Source: an uncultured Syntrophaceae bacterium
GTDB taxonomy: Bacteria; Desulfobacterota; BSN033; UBA1163
Direction of reading: 5' to 3'
Assembly: GCA_964390545.1 (NCBI GenBank)
Contig: CAYMJV010000003.1
Location: forward strand, 127 to 64,126
DNA: 64,000 nucleotides
The translations under genes and the position numbers were made by a program. This document shows, one piece after another, positions 8,554 through 17,719 of this stretch. Below the pieces are notes generated by a model. That model did no database searches, was not told where the DNA came from, and worked only from the letters and a program-made list of their open reading frames with translations. Position 1 is the stretch's first letter. Each line of letters starts with the position of its first letter.

Positions 8554-9521
8554 GCGAAGCTTATCTGGAGACTCGTGCCCTTAAGAAATACTTTCCTGTG
8601 ACAAGGGGGATTCTATTCGGGAAAGTAGCAGGTTGGGTAAAAGCGGTTGACGGTGTGGATTTGTCGATTGGAGTGGGAGAAACCCTGGGTCTTGTGGGAG
8701 AGTCCGGATGTGGGAAGACAACGGTGGCCAAACTCGTCCTTTTATTGGATAAGCCAAACGAAGGCTCTATTCTATTTAACGGTAAGGATTTGAAAGAGTT
8801 CAATAGAGAAGACCTTGAGCAGTTTCGGAAGTGCGTGCAACCTGTTTTTCAAAACCCGTTTTCCTCCCTTGACCCAAGGATGAAAGTAGGAAGCATCATC
8901 AGTGAGCCGATTTCGGTGGATAGCGCTCTTGACAAAAAAGAGATCGGGAATCGGGTTGCAACTGTACTGGAGGCAACAGGACTCGATCCAAGCGATGCCA
9001 GGAAATATCCCCACGAATTCAGTGGGGGACAAAGGCAGAGGATAGCCATTGCCAGGGCCCTGGCTTCTGACCCACGACTGATCATCCTCGATGAGCCGGT
9101 CTCCTCTCAAGACATCTCTATTCGAGCTCAAATTTTGAATCTCCTCAAGGACCTCCAGAAGAGGCTTGGGATAAGTTATCTCTTCATCGCCCATGATCTG
9201 GCTACCGTGAGGTATATGAGTACCCGAATCAGTGTAATGTACCTTGGGAGGATTGTTGAAACTGCAGCAAGTGACGATTTATGCTCAAATCCGTTACATT
9301 CCTATACGAAGGCGCTATTCTCCGCGTGCCTCCCCGATGATCCTGATGCAATACGTGGAGAATGTGTCATTTCAGGAGAGGTGCCCAGTCCCCTGAATCC
9401 TCCCAGTGGGTGTCGGTTTCATACCCGATGTTCCAATACGAGGCAAATCTGTTCTGAAACCGAACCCACACTGAAAGAGGTTGCTCCTGGTCACTATGTG
9501 GCATGTCTGCGCTACGAATGA
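8550..9521 (+). CDS. ABC transporter ATP-binding protein (DppF/OppF-like)
   Basis: Start chosen at the ATGA overlap with the upstream stop ([17 protein letters not shown]). Walker [39 protein letters not shown]. The track ORF from 8256 is an out-of-frame overlap artefact. Confidence 0.9.
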   Translation: MSEAYLETRALKKYFPVTRGILFGKVAGWVKAVDGVDLSIGVGETLGLVGESGCGKTTVAKLVLLLDKPNEGSILFNGKDLKEFNREDLEQFRKCVQPVFQNPFSSLDPRMKVGSIISEPISVDSALDKKEIGNRVATVLEATGLDPSDARKYPHEFSGGQRQRIAIARALASDPRLIILDEPVSSQDISIRAQILNLLKDLQKRLGISYLFIAHDLATVRYMSTRISVMYLGRIVETAASDDLCSNPLHSYTKALFSACLPDDPDAIRGECVISGEVPSPLNPPSGCRFHTRCSNTRQICSETEPTLKEVAPGHYVACLRYE

Positions 9522-9584
9522 AAGAGATTGGTCACTGGGTGAGTGGGACCATCGACTTCCGTAATATGATATACGGAGTAACAA

Positions 9585-10715
9585 ATGGGAAATAGCAGCG
9601 ATAAGGAAATATTGTTCTATGCGGTTGGAGATGTCGCTCCCTGCAGGGAAGATCCCGCCTCTATCTTCAAAAATGTGACCCGTACACTGGGCCAAGCTGA
9701 TACGACATTTTGCCAGCTTGAAATTAATATCTCTGAAAGAGGGACTCGCCTGCCGCAGGCAAGGCATACGACACGGGCCAATCCAAAGACAGCCCGAGCC
9801 ATCAAGGAGGCTGGTATTCGTGTGGTTTCGTTCGCTGGCAATCACTGTATGGACTGGGGACAAGAAGCCTTTTTTGATACCATCGAGGCTTTGAAAGGGG
9901 AGAGGATTTCAGTCATAGGGGTTGGCAAGAATATTGAAGAAGCTCGCAAGCCAGCTATCCTTGAGTCTAAAGGCAGTCGAGTGGCATTTCTGGCTTACAA
10001 CACGATCCTGCCCATGGGATATTGGGCCGATGCTAACAGGCCAGGCTGCGCCCCGATGAGAGCATGGACCTTGTATGAACAGATCGAGCACGACCAACCC
10101 GGCACACCTTGCCGGATCCACACCTTCCCCAACAGGGAAGACCTCGAAGCGATGAGTGAGGATATTAAAAAGGCCAAGACGCAGGCAGATGTTGTCATCT
10201 TGTCAATGCACTGGGGTATTCATTTTATACCTGCTGTACTGGCAACTTATCAAAGAGACATGGCCCATGTCGCTATTGATTCTGGAGCAGACTTAATCTT
10301 AGGCCATCACGCTCACATATTGAAAGGCATTGAAATCTATCAAGGGAAAGCGATCTTCTATAGCCTCTGTAATTTCGCAGTGGACCTTCCCTTTACGAAG
10401 GAACATGCCGAAAGCAAAAGCTTCAAGGAAATACAGAAGCTCAACCCGGATTGGATCCCAGACTTTGAATGCCTCTATAATTTTCCGACGGATTCCCAAA
10501 AGACGATTATTGTGAAATGTATCATTTCCAACGGCACAATAAAAAGCGTCTCTTTCCTGCCCACCTATGTCGACAAAAAGACGGCTGAGCCGGAGATTCT
10601 CACTTCAAAGGATAAACGGTTCGGGGAGGTCGTCAGGTACATGGAAGAAGTGACAAGGAATGAGGGGGTTGATACGAAATACGACATCAACGGAGATGAG
10701 GTGGTCCTGTTATAA
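9585..10715 (+). CDS. CapA/PGA_cap-family (metallophosphatase-fold) protein
   Basis: 376 aa. FAGNHCMDWG, VAFLAYN, SMHWG and LGHHAH blocks are typical of the CapA family. Confidence 0.7.
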   Translation: MGNSSDKEILFYAVGDVAPCREDPASIFKNVTRTLGQADTTFCQLEINISERGTRLPQARHTTRANPKTARAIKEAGIRVVSFAGNHCMDWGQEAFFDTIEALKGERISVIGVGKNIEEARKPAILESKGSRVAFLAYNTILPMGYWADANRPGCAPMRAWTLYEQIEHDQPGTPCRIHTFPNREDLEAMSEDIKKAKTQADVVILSMHWGIHFIPAVLATYQRDMAHVAIDSGADLILGHHAHILKGIEIYQGKAIFYSLCNFAVDLPFTKEHAESKSFKEIQKLNPDWIPDFECLYNFPTDSQKTIIVKCIISNGTIKSVSFLPTYVDKKTAEPEILTSKDKRFGEVVRYMEEVTRNEGVDTKYDINGDEVVLL

Positions 10716-10730
10716 CCCGATTCGAAAGAT

Positions 10731-10790
10731 GGGTAGGGGCGACTTCAGTCGCCCTGATTTCGGGAGGCTGAAGCCTCCCCTACCCGAAAC
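10731..10790. repeat. REP-like element with an outer stem enclosing two hairpins
   Basis: GGGTAGGGG(10731-10739)/CCCCTACCC(10777-10785). Inner hairpins GGGCGAC-ttca-GTCGCCC and GGGAGGC-tgaa-GCCTCCC. Alternative stem TTTCGGG/CCCGAAA. Confidence 0.65.
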
Positions 10791-10921
10791 GGACAAGGAC
10801 GAGATTGCCGCGCCCTTTGCCCTGGACACCATGCGTTGTAGGGCTTCGGGTTCGCAATGACTGTAACGATAGTTATTTCGTTTGTATTAGTTTGAAGGCA
10901 GCTTAAAGGTGGGAATCAATA

Positions 10922-12298
10922 GTGAATGAATCTTTAACCCTGGCCAAGAATATCGTTGACACCGACTATGATGATATCCCCAGGGAAGTTGCAGCGGTGA
11001 CGAAAAAGAGTCTTTTAGATGCCATCGGTGTCATATTAGCTGCAGGCAAGCTGGGTGAGGGGTGCAAACAGTTTGTCACCTTGGCGATCGAGCAGGGTGG
11101 AAAAAAGGAAAGCACAATCCTTGGTTTCGATGCTAAGGTACCGGCGTGCATGGCGGCATTTGCTAACGGTTCGATGTCCCACGCCTTGGATTTTGAGGAT
11201 ACTCATGATAGGGCACTTGTTCATCCGAACGCAGCAGCCATACCTGCTGCCCTTGCAATAGCTGAAAGTCTAGGAAACGTGAGCGGCAAAGATTTCATTG
11301 CCGCGCTCACCCTTGGAAGTGACCTGGTTGCAAGGTTGGGTCTTGCTGTTAAAGAGAATGCGGTTGAGTACGGCTGGTATATGCCACCGATCTTGGAAGC
11401 TTTTGGAGCAACGACCGCTGGCGGCAAGTTGTTAAAGCTCGATGCGGAACAGATACGAAATGCTTTTTCGTTAACCCTGTGTCAGGCAACCTGCAGTGCC
11501 GAATTGATCTATAGTTCTAATTCAATGATCAGAGCCATTCGAGATGCTTTTTCGGCAAAGGCGGGCCTGCTATCGGCACTTCTTGCGCAAAAAGGTATTA
11601 CAGGGTTTGAGCACCCCTTTGAAGGGAGGGCAGGACTGTTCAATATTTATTCAAGAGGTAAATGGGATCCGCTCTCACTAACGAACGGGCTTGGAAAAAT
11701 CTTTGAGGGTGCTCACGTCAGCTTCAAACCATGGCCGAGTTGCAGGGGCACCCATGCTTATATCGATGCAACACTTCAAATCTTGGAGAAGCATCATCTA
11801 AAACCAAGTGAGATAAAGGAAATTCGTTTGACCGTCAGCCCCGTGAACAAAATGCTTTGTGAACCCTTAGAAAATAAAATGAATCCCGTCACAGCCATCG
11901 AGGCTAAGTTCAGTTTACCCTTTACTGTTGCCACAGCGGTCGTGCACGGGAAAGTAACTTTAGATCATTTTAATCCGCGCGCCTTATCCGATCCGATGGT
12001 CCTTGAGTTGGCTCGGAGAGTTTTATATCGAGTGGATGAAAAACTGAGCCTGCGGCAGGCGACGCAAGGCTCCCTGCAGATAGAGGCTAAGAACGGAAGG
12101 ACCTATTCGAAAAGCTTAGAATTTGCTTGTGGGCATCCGGATAACCCTATGAGTGATGAGGCAGTTGTATCTAAATTCATGGATTGCGCCAAATATTCAG
12201 CAAAAAAGTTTTCTAAGAGGACTTTAAATAAGATCGTGGCGCTAGCCTTGAACCTGGAAGAAATCAAGGACATGTCTGAGTTCACGAAATACCTATAG
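10922..12298 (+). CDS. MmgE/PrpD-family protein (2-methylcitrate dehydratase superfamily)
   Basis: 458 aa with a GTG start. Family-typical N-terminus (DYDDIPREVAAVTKKSLLDAIGVILAAG), SHALDFEDTH, and SFKPWPSCRGTHAYIDA. Confidence 0.85.
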   Translation: MNESLTLAKNIVDTDYDDIPREVAAVTKKSLLDAIGVILAAGKLGEGCKQFVTLAIEQGGKKESTILGFDAKVPACMAAFANGSMSHALDFEDTHDRALVHPNAAAIPAALAIAESLGNVSGKDFIAALTLGSDLVARLGLAVKENAVEYGWYMPPILEAFGATTAGGKLLKLDAEQIRNAFSLTLCQATCSAELIYSSNSMIRAIRDAFSAKAGLLSALLAQKGITGFEHPFEGRAGLFNIYSRGKWDPLSLTNGLGKIFEGAHVSFKPWPSCRGTHAYIDATLQILEKHHLKPSEIKEIRLTVSPVNKMLCEPLENKMNPVTAIEAKFSLPFTVATAVVHGKVTLDHFNPRALSDPMVLELARRVLYRVDEKLSLRQATQGSLQIEAKNGRTYSKSLEFACGHPDNPMSDEAVVSKFMDCAKYSAKKFSKRTLNKIVALALNLEEIKDMSEFTKYL

Positions 12299-12404
12299 TC
12301 CATTACTGTCCAAATTAGACTGAGATGTTCAAAAAACAGGTTGATTTCATAAAGGTTTTTGATAAATAGCTTGGCTTTTCGAGATTCAGGTTTCTTCTTT
12401 CCAA

Positions 12405-12475
12405 GTCATGCTGAACTTGGTTCAGCATCTCACGAAATAAGGCATTTTGAGACCCTGAAACAAGTTCGGGGTGAC
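12405..12475. repeat. REP-like pair of hairpins
   Basis: Perfect ATGCTGAAC-ttg-GTTCAGCAT (12408-12428) and ACCCTGAA-acaag-TTCGGGGT (12452-12472, one G-U pair). Confidence 0.6.
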
Positions 12476-12514
12476 AGGACAGGGGAAATCTCAAACCTAA
12501 TTTGGACAAGAGTG

Positions 12515-13657
12515 ATGGGTATTTCTCAGATGGAACTATTCAAACCCTTTCATGATGTCGTTCAGGATCGGCACCGGTATGCGAAAGACTGGAAGGCCAA
12601 AACCGGCGGTAAGGTCATCGGCTATTTTTGCACCTATGTGCCTGAGGAGATCATTTATGCCGCAGGCATGCTTCCTGTGAGGATCGTAGGCAACAATGAA
12701 TCACAAACGATCACCGACGAATATTGCTCTCGGAATAAGTGGTGTCCCTTTAGTCGTAACTGCTTGGCTGAGGGGCTCCGGGGACATTACGATTACCTCG
12801 ATGGCTTGGTCATCGGGGCTTCCTGTTTTCATACCCAGGAGGTTTTCTCGGCCTGGGTGAAACATATTCCTGTCCCCTTCTGGCACTATTTATTTGTTCC
12901 CGGCTGTATTCAGAGCAGATCGGCGGACGCGTGTCTCACGGGGGAATTTGAGGAATTCAAGAGTGCACTTGAGACGTGGAACGGCAAGACCATCACGGTA
13001 GATGCATTAGACAGATCGATCGGAACCTATAACGGGAACCGTCAATTGATGAAAGAATTGTATGCATTCAGAAAGAATGAACCACCCCTGCTCTCAGGGA
13101 CAGAGGCTATGGAAACGGTATTGGCGAGCCAGCTCATGGATAAAGGTGAGCATAATGAGATCATGAGACCGGTGATTGCTGATCTGCCCGGCCAAAAGAA
13201 TAGGATAAGCCCCGGGATCAGATTAATGATCTTAGGCAGCGAGAACAACGACATTGAGCTCTTAAGGGCCATAGAATCATGGGGTGCAAACATCGTCATT
13301 GATGATCATTGTGTAGGGAGCAGATATTTCTGGGGCGAGATTATCCCTGGAGAAGACCGGCTTCGAGCCATGGCCAACCGATATGTTCAAAGACCCCCGT
13401 GTCCTGCCAAGGATTTCCCGGAGAGACGGCGCTTACCTCATGTGCTCCGTCTCGCAAAGGAGTACAATATTCAGGCCGCTGTTATCGTATTGCAGAAGTT
13501 CTGCGAGCCTCATCAATTTGATACGCCGAGTATTGAGTCTGCACTGAACAAACTGAATATTCCGACTGTGGTTGTAGAGATAGATGCCCCTATCTCTTTG
13601 GGACAAGTTCGCATCAGGATAGAATCCCTTCTCGATATGATACGAATCGAAACATGA
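12515..13657 (+). CDS. BcrC/BadD/HgdB-family subunit (2-hydroxyacyl-CoA dehydratase / benzoyl-CoA reductase superfamily), pair 1
   Basis: 381 aa from ATG 12515. The track ORF start at 12359 runs through the REP element. GYFCTYVPEEIIYAAGMLP and VLQKFCEPHQFD motifs. Confidence 0.8.
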   Translation: MGISQMELFKPFHDVVQDRHRYAKDWKAKTGGKVIGYFCTYVPEEIIYAAGMLPVRIVGNNESQTITDEYCSRNKWCPFSRNCLAEGLRGHYDYLDGLVIGASCFHTQEVFSAWVKHIPVPFWHYLFVPGCIQSRSADACLTGEFEEFKSALETWNGKTITVDALDRSIGTYNGNRQLMKELYAFRKNEPPLLSGTEAMETVLASQLMDKGEHNEIMRPVIADLPGQKNRISPGIRLMILGSENNDIELLRAIESWGANIVIDDHCVGSRYFWGEIIPGEDRLRAMANRYVQRPPCPAKDFPERRRLPHVLRLAKEYNIQAAVIVLQKFCEPHQFDTPSIESALNKLNIPTVVVEIDAPISLGQVRIRIESLLDMIRIET

Positions 13658-13823
13658 CAGATGTCATAAGGGTCTCTGTCCCGAACCAAGAGGACCACAG
13701 GTTCTAGCCGTGGGCGGATTGGTCCTCTGGTACGGGATGTTCGCCCCTTATGGGCGTCTCTTGGGAACCACGGACTTTTCCCGTGGGGCTCCATCCATAG
13801 TAGAGGGTGCTGTGGTGGGAAAT

Positions 13824-15128
13824 ATGAAGAAATATAAAACAAAAAGACTTGATTGCTGGCCCATGATGAAAGAATTGCGCAGGGCCCATTTCAAGCATAC
13901 CTGGGAAGCACGGGACAAGGGTGATTTGGTTGTGATGGGTATCTTCGAATGGTTTCTTGCGCTGTGTGCAGGATTTGGGGATTATGCAAACCCTTCGTAT
14001 GGGCCTTACTATACCCAGATGCTGCGTGATAAGGAGAAAGCCCTTAAGTGTTTCGAAGTCGCCGAGGCAAAAGGGTTCCGGCGGGATATTTGTGCCTCCA
14101 TGCGATGCCACCTTGGGCAGTTGTATATGGGTTTAACGCAGCGAGGACCTAAGGGAGAGATCGTGAAACCTGATTTTATTCTTCAACCGGCAGCGTGTTA
14201 TTCCATGAGTAAGACCGGCCAGATCGTGAGCGAGGAACTTCAGGTCCCCTATCTCAACCTCGAATTTCCCACGAAAGATACGAAAAACACGCGGGCCTAT
14301 CTCCTGACCGAAATGGAAGAGGCCATTGACTGGATGGAGAAGAAAACAGGAAGACCGTTCAGCGATGAGAAATTCATTGAGGCGGTTCAGAACGAGTGGG
14401 AATGTATGGTGCTTTGGGCCAAGACATGTGAACTCAACAAAGCGATCCCTGCTCCGCTGGACTACAGGCAAATGTGGTCCCTCAGGATCCCTAGTATCAC
14501 GTCCAGATATAAGAACGACACAGTCAAATTCTATCAGATACTCTTAGAAGAGGTGAAGGATAGGGTAGCCAATGAGATTTCGGCAAACGCGTATGAGACA
14601 GCCCGGCTATTCCATCAATTCCTGCCGCCTTTTTATGGGCTGGACATCTTCAAAGCGCCTTTGAAGTATGGCGCATCGTTCATCGGGGGAGACGGAGTAT
14701 TTTCGTCTATGGGAGCCTGGGTGATTCATGGCGACGGCACTTGGGAGGCTGCCAAGACGCCTCTTGATCGAGGCATTGAACTTCAAGATAGAGAAGACGC
14801 GCTGGAGGCACTGGCGGACCTCTATCTTGGTTACTTACCTGCTTCGAGGTGTACCACGTCGGCAAACCCAAAAGAAGTTATAAAAATGGTGCAGGACTGG
14901 CACGTCGACGGCGTTGTGCTGATGATTGACCGTGGATGCAAAACCTTATCTGCAGGACAGGAAGAGCAAATTGTGGAGCTGAAGGAAGCAGGAATACCGA
15001 GGATGGTCTATGAAGGCAGTCACGCTGATTTTAGGGATTTCGATGAAGGGACAACCTTACGTCGATTCGATCTATTCCTGGAAAATTTAGGTTTAACGAA
15101 ACTAGAGGGAATAAAGAAGGAGAAATGA
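13824..15128 (+). CDS. BcrB/BadE/HgdA-family subunit, pair 1
   Basis: 434 aa from ATG 13824 (MKKYKTKRLDCWP..). DICASMRCHLG, and a C-terminal DRGCKTLSAGQ..YEGSHADFRDF that resembles the BcrB C-terminal region as I recall it. Confidence 0.75.
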   Translation: MKKYKTKRLDCWPMMKELRRAHFKHTWEARDKGDLVVMGIFEWFLALCAGFGDYANPSYGPYYTQMLRDKEKALKCFEVAEAKGFRRDICASMRCHLGQLYMGLTQRGPKGEIVKPDFILQPAACYSMSKTGQIVSEELQVPYLNLEFPTKDTKNTRAYLLTEMEEAIDWMEKKTGRPFSDEKFIEAVQNEWECMVLWAKTCELNKAIPAPLDYRQMWSLRIPSITSRYKNDTVKFYQILLEEVKDRVANEISANAYETARLFHQFLPPFYGLDIFKAPLKYGASFIGGDGVFSSMGAWVIHGDGTWEAAKTPLDRGIELQDREDALEALADLYLGYLPASRCTTSANPKEVIKMVQDWHVDGVVLMIDRGCKTLSAGQEEQIVELKEAGIPRMVYEGSHADFRDFDEGTTLRRFDLFLENLGLTKLEGIKKEK

Positions 15129-16379
15129 ATGCTCGACAGCTCAAAGACTAATACGAAGATCGAAGGCTTGCTGAGTGGCATTAGGGCGATTGAGTGGGCA
15201 ACGTTTGGTAATGGGCCCATTATTGGTGTCATCCTGGGAGACCTGGGAGCCGAGGTCATCAAATTAGAAGATCGCGTTGCTGGAGATCCTTCCCGTGGCA
15301 TCTCGGCCTTTCAAGGGGTGGGAACGAAGAGCCCCGAAGGAATCAACCTGGTATTTGAGAGTAGTAACCGAAATAAAAAAAGTATGCGAGTGGATTTGAA
15401 CAAAGAAAAAGGGAGAGAAATCATTCATAGACTTGTGGGAAAATCGGATATCTTTTATACCAATTATCGAAAGAGCGTCGCCAAACGGCAGCGGATGGAT
15501 TATGAGACCCTTTCGAAATACAATCCCATGCTGATCTATGGGAGAGCCTCGGGATTAGGACCGGAGGGGCCCGAAAATGAAAAACGTGCTTTTGATCCGG
15601 TTGGCCTTGCGCGCTCAGGCCTGATGAGTGCCGCCGGGGAGCGTGAAAGCCCTCCCGGGCAGATCGTAGGAGCAATCGTTGATACCATGGGTGCAACCAT
15701 GGCTGCCTTTGGGATCGTCGGTGCATTGTTTGCCAGGGAACGCTTCAACATCGGTCAAGAGGTCGATGCCTCGTTACTTGGGGCCGGTATGTGGGCCCAG
15801 TTTAGTAATATATCCCTTACTCTATTACGTGGCCGAACCATGGCAAGACACTCCAGAGCAAGGGCGAGGAATCCCTTGGCAAACGTCTATCAGTGTAAGG
15901 ATGGCGAGTGGTTGTCATTGGCCGAGCCACAGTCTGATAGGTACTGGCCTCAATTCTGCAAAGTGATGGGTATCGAGTCTCTGGAAAAGGATCCGAGGTT
16001 CTCTGACGAATGGAAAAGAAGGGATCATTGTGAAGAGTTCGTTTCGATTTTAGACAAGATCTTTGCTGAGAAGACCCGAGCGGAATGGGCTGAAATTTTT
16101 CGGAGACAAGGCAAACAATTTGTTGCTTGGGAATGTGTCCAGACTATTCCAGACCTCGTTCATGACCCACAGGTCATAGCAAACCGCTACCTTGTTGATT
16201 TTGACCATCCTGTTCTTGGCAACATTAAGGTTCAACCCTTCCCAATAGGGTTTAGCAAATCACCTGTTGGACCTAGAAGCCACGCACCTGAATTCGGCCA
16301 GCATACTGAAGAAGTTCTCTTAGAGATAGGGTACACCTGGGATGATATCACCCGGCTTCAGGATGAAGAGGTGATTTGA
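15129..16379 (+). CDS. family III CoA-transferase (CaiB/BaiF/Frc type)
   Basis: 416 aa. The ATG directly abuts the preceding TGA. GPIIGVILGDLGAEVIKLEDRVAGDPSR signature N-terminus. Confidence 0.9.
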   Translation: MLDSSKTNTKIEGLLSGIRAIEWATFGNGPIIGVILGDLGAEVIKLEDRVAGDPSRGISAFQGVGTKSPEGINLVFESSNRNKKSMRVDLNKEKGREIIHRLVGKSDIFYTNYRKSVAKRQRMDYETLSKYNPMLIYGRASGLGPEGPENEKRAFDPVGLARSGLMSAAGERESPPGQIVGAIVDTMGATMAAFGIVGALFARERFNIGQEVDASLLGAGMWAQFSNISLTLLRGRTMARHSRARARNPLANVYQCKDGEWLSLAEPQSDRYWPQFCKVMGIESLEKDPRFSDEWKRRDHCEEFVSILDKIFAEKTRAEWAEIFRRQGKQFVAWECVQTIPDLVHDPQVIANRYLVDFDHPVLGNIKVQPFPIGFSKSPVGPRSHAPEFGQHTEEVLLEIGYTWDDITRLQDEEVI

Positions 16380-16409
16380 AGTTTACAATCAGTTAGCCGG
16401 AGGTAAGAG

Positions 16410-17609
16410 ATGGTTCTCAAAGGCATACGCGTGGTAGATTCGACAAGATGGGCTTTCGGCCCTTATGCTGCCACCTGTCTGGCGGATATGGGTGCAGAAG
16501 TCATCAAGGTGGAGGATCCTGTTTCAGGTGATGGTTCAAGATATGTCCATAAGACCCGTGAGCTTTCCATGGCGGCCAGCAACCCCATGTTTGATCTCCT
16601 CAACAGGGGCAAGAGGGGTTTTGCCGTAAGCCTCGACAAGGAGAAAGGCAGGGAAGTGTTCAGCCGGTTAATCAAGACTGCGGATGTTTTCATGACGGCG
16701 CAGCGCCCCCATTCTCTCAAAAAACTGGGGATCGACTACGAAACGCTTAGGGCGATTAACCCGCGCCTGATCTATGCGGTCTGTGGGGCCTTCGGAGAGA
16801 AGGGACCCCAGGCTGACAAGCCTGCCTGGGACGGTTCTGCCTTCGCCCGGTCAGGGCTCATGTACATCATGCAAGATAAGCAGGGTTGTCCGCTTCCGCC
16901 CCCGCAGGGTATGGGTGATCTTGTTGCCTCCGTCACCATGGCCTATGGGATCATGACGGCTTTGTTCCATCGTGAGAGAACAGGCCAAGGCCAGAAGGTG
17001 GATGTCTCCCTCCTCGGCACAATGGTGACGGTCATGGAGGCCCTCTGCATGCAGATTACCCTTTCAACCGGTACCGATTTTCCGCAGTTCGATAGCAGCC
17101 ATCCTACGAATCCACTGAACCATACCTATCGGACAAAAGACGGAAGATGGCTCTTATTAAATATGCACCATACCGATCCGTTCTGGCATACCTTCTGCGA
17201 GACCGTTGGGATCACTGAGTTCGAACATGATAAGCGCTTCAGCAAACATGAAGCACTCTGTGATCATTCTCGTGACATGGTGGCCATTCTTCAAGAAGTT
17301 TTTGCCCAGAAAGAGCTGTCCGAGTGGGTCAAGATCCTCGGGAAAACTGACATGGTCTGGGCCCCGGTTCAGACCTTACAGGAAGCACACAACGACCCGC
17401 AGGTCGTAGAAAATGAGTTTGTCGCATCCGGTGACGATGCTGAAGGATTACCGAAAACCGTTGGATTTCCTCTGAAACTGAGCGGGGTGTCCCTCAAGAG
17501 TAATTACACGGCTCCCCAATTGGGTCAACATACGGAGGAAATACTTCTTGAGTTAGGGTTTAGCTGGAAAGAGATTGAACATCTTAAAGATGAGCGAGTG
17601 ATCATTTGA
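16410..17609 (+). CDS. family III CoA-transferase
   Basis: 399 aa. GPYAATCLADMGAEVIKVEDPVSGDGSR. GGAGG RBS. Confidence 0.9.
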   Translation: MVLKGIRVVDSTRWAFGPYAATCLADMGAEVIKVEDPVSGDGSRYVHKTRELSMAASNPMFDLLNRGKRGFAVSLDKEKGREVFSRLIKTADVFMTAQRPHSLKKLGIDYETLRAINPRLIYAVCGAFGEKGPQADKPAWDGSAFARSGLMYIMQDKQGCPLPPPQGMGDLVASVTMAYGIMTALFHRERTGQGQKVDVSLLGTMVTVMEALCMQITLSTGTDFPQFDSSHPTNPLNHTYRTKDGRWLLLNMHHTDPFWHTFCETVGITEFEHDKRFSKHEALCDHSRDMVAILQEVFAQKELSEWVKILGKTDMVWAPVQTLQEAHNDPQVVENEFVASGDDAEGLPKTVGFPLKLSGVSLKSNYTAPQLGQHTEEILLELGFSWKEIEHLKDERVII

Positions 17610-17719
17610 ATGGAACCCGACGGGTTAAAGGCCCGGGTTTTCTCCACACGCTTTGAAGGGCAGGGCCCTCCGATGCCTTCCCCACTGCGCACCTAATGAG
17701 CTTCTAGGGTTTCCCCGCT

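Noticed and set aside
12359-12514. Upstream extensions of the BcrC-like ORF (12359) and, similarly, the BcrB-like ORF (13710-13823).
   Set aside because: The extensions translate REP hairpins or intergenic hairpins (..HAELGSASHEIRHFETLKQVRGD..) and add non-homologous residues. The internal ATGs at 12515 and 13824 give family-typical N-termini.
17610-17665. Possible terminator after the second CoA-transferase (AACCC-gac-GGGTT, GGCCCGGGTTTT).
   Set aside because: The stems are only 4-5 bp and the T-tract is short. This is too weak to call.
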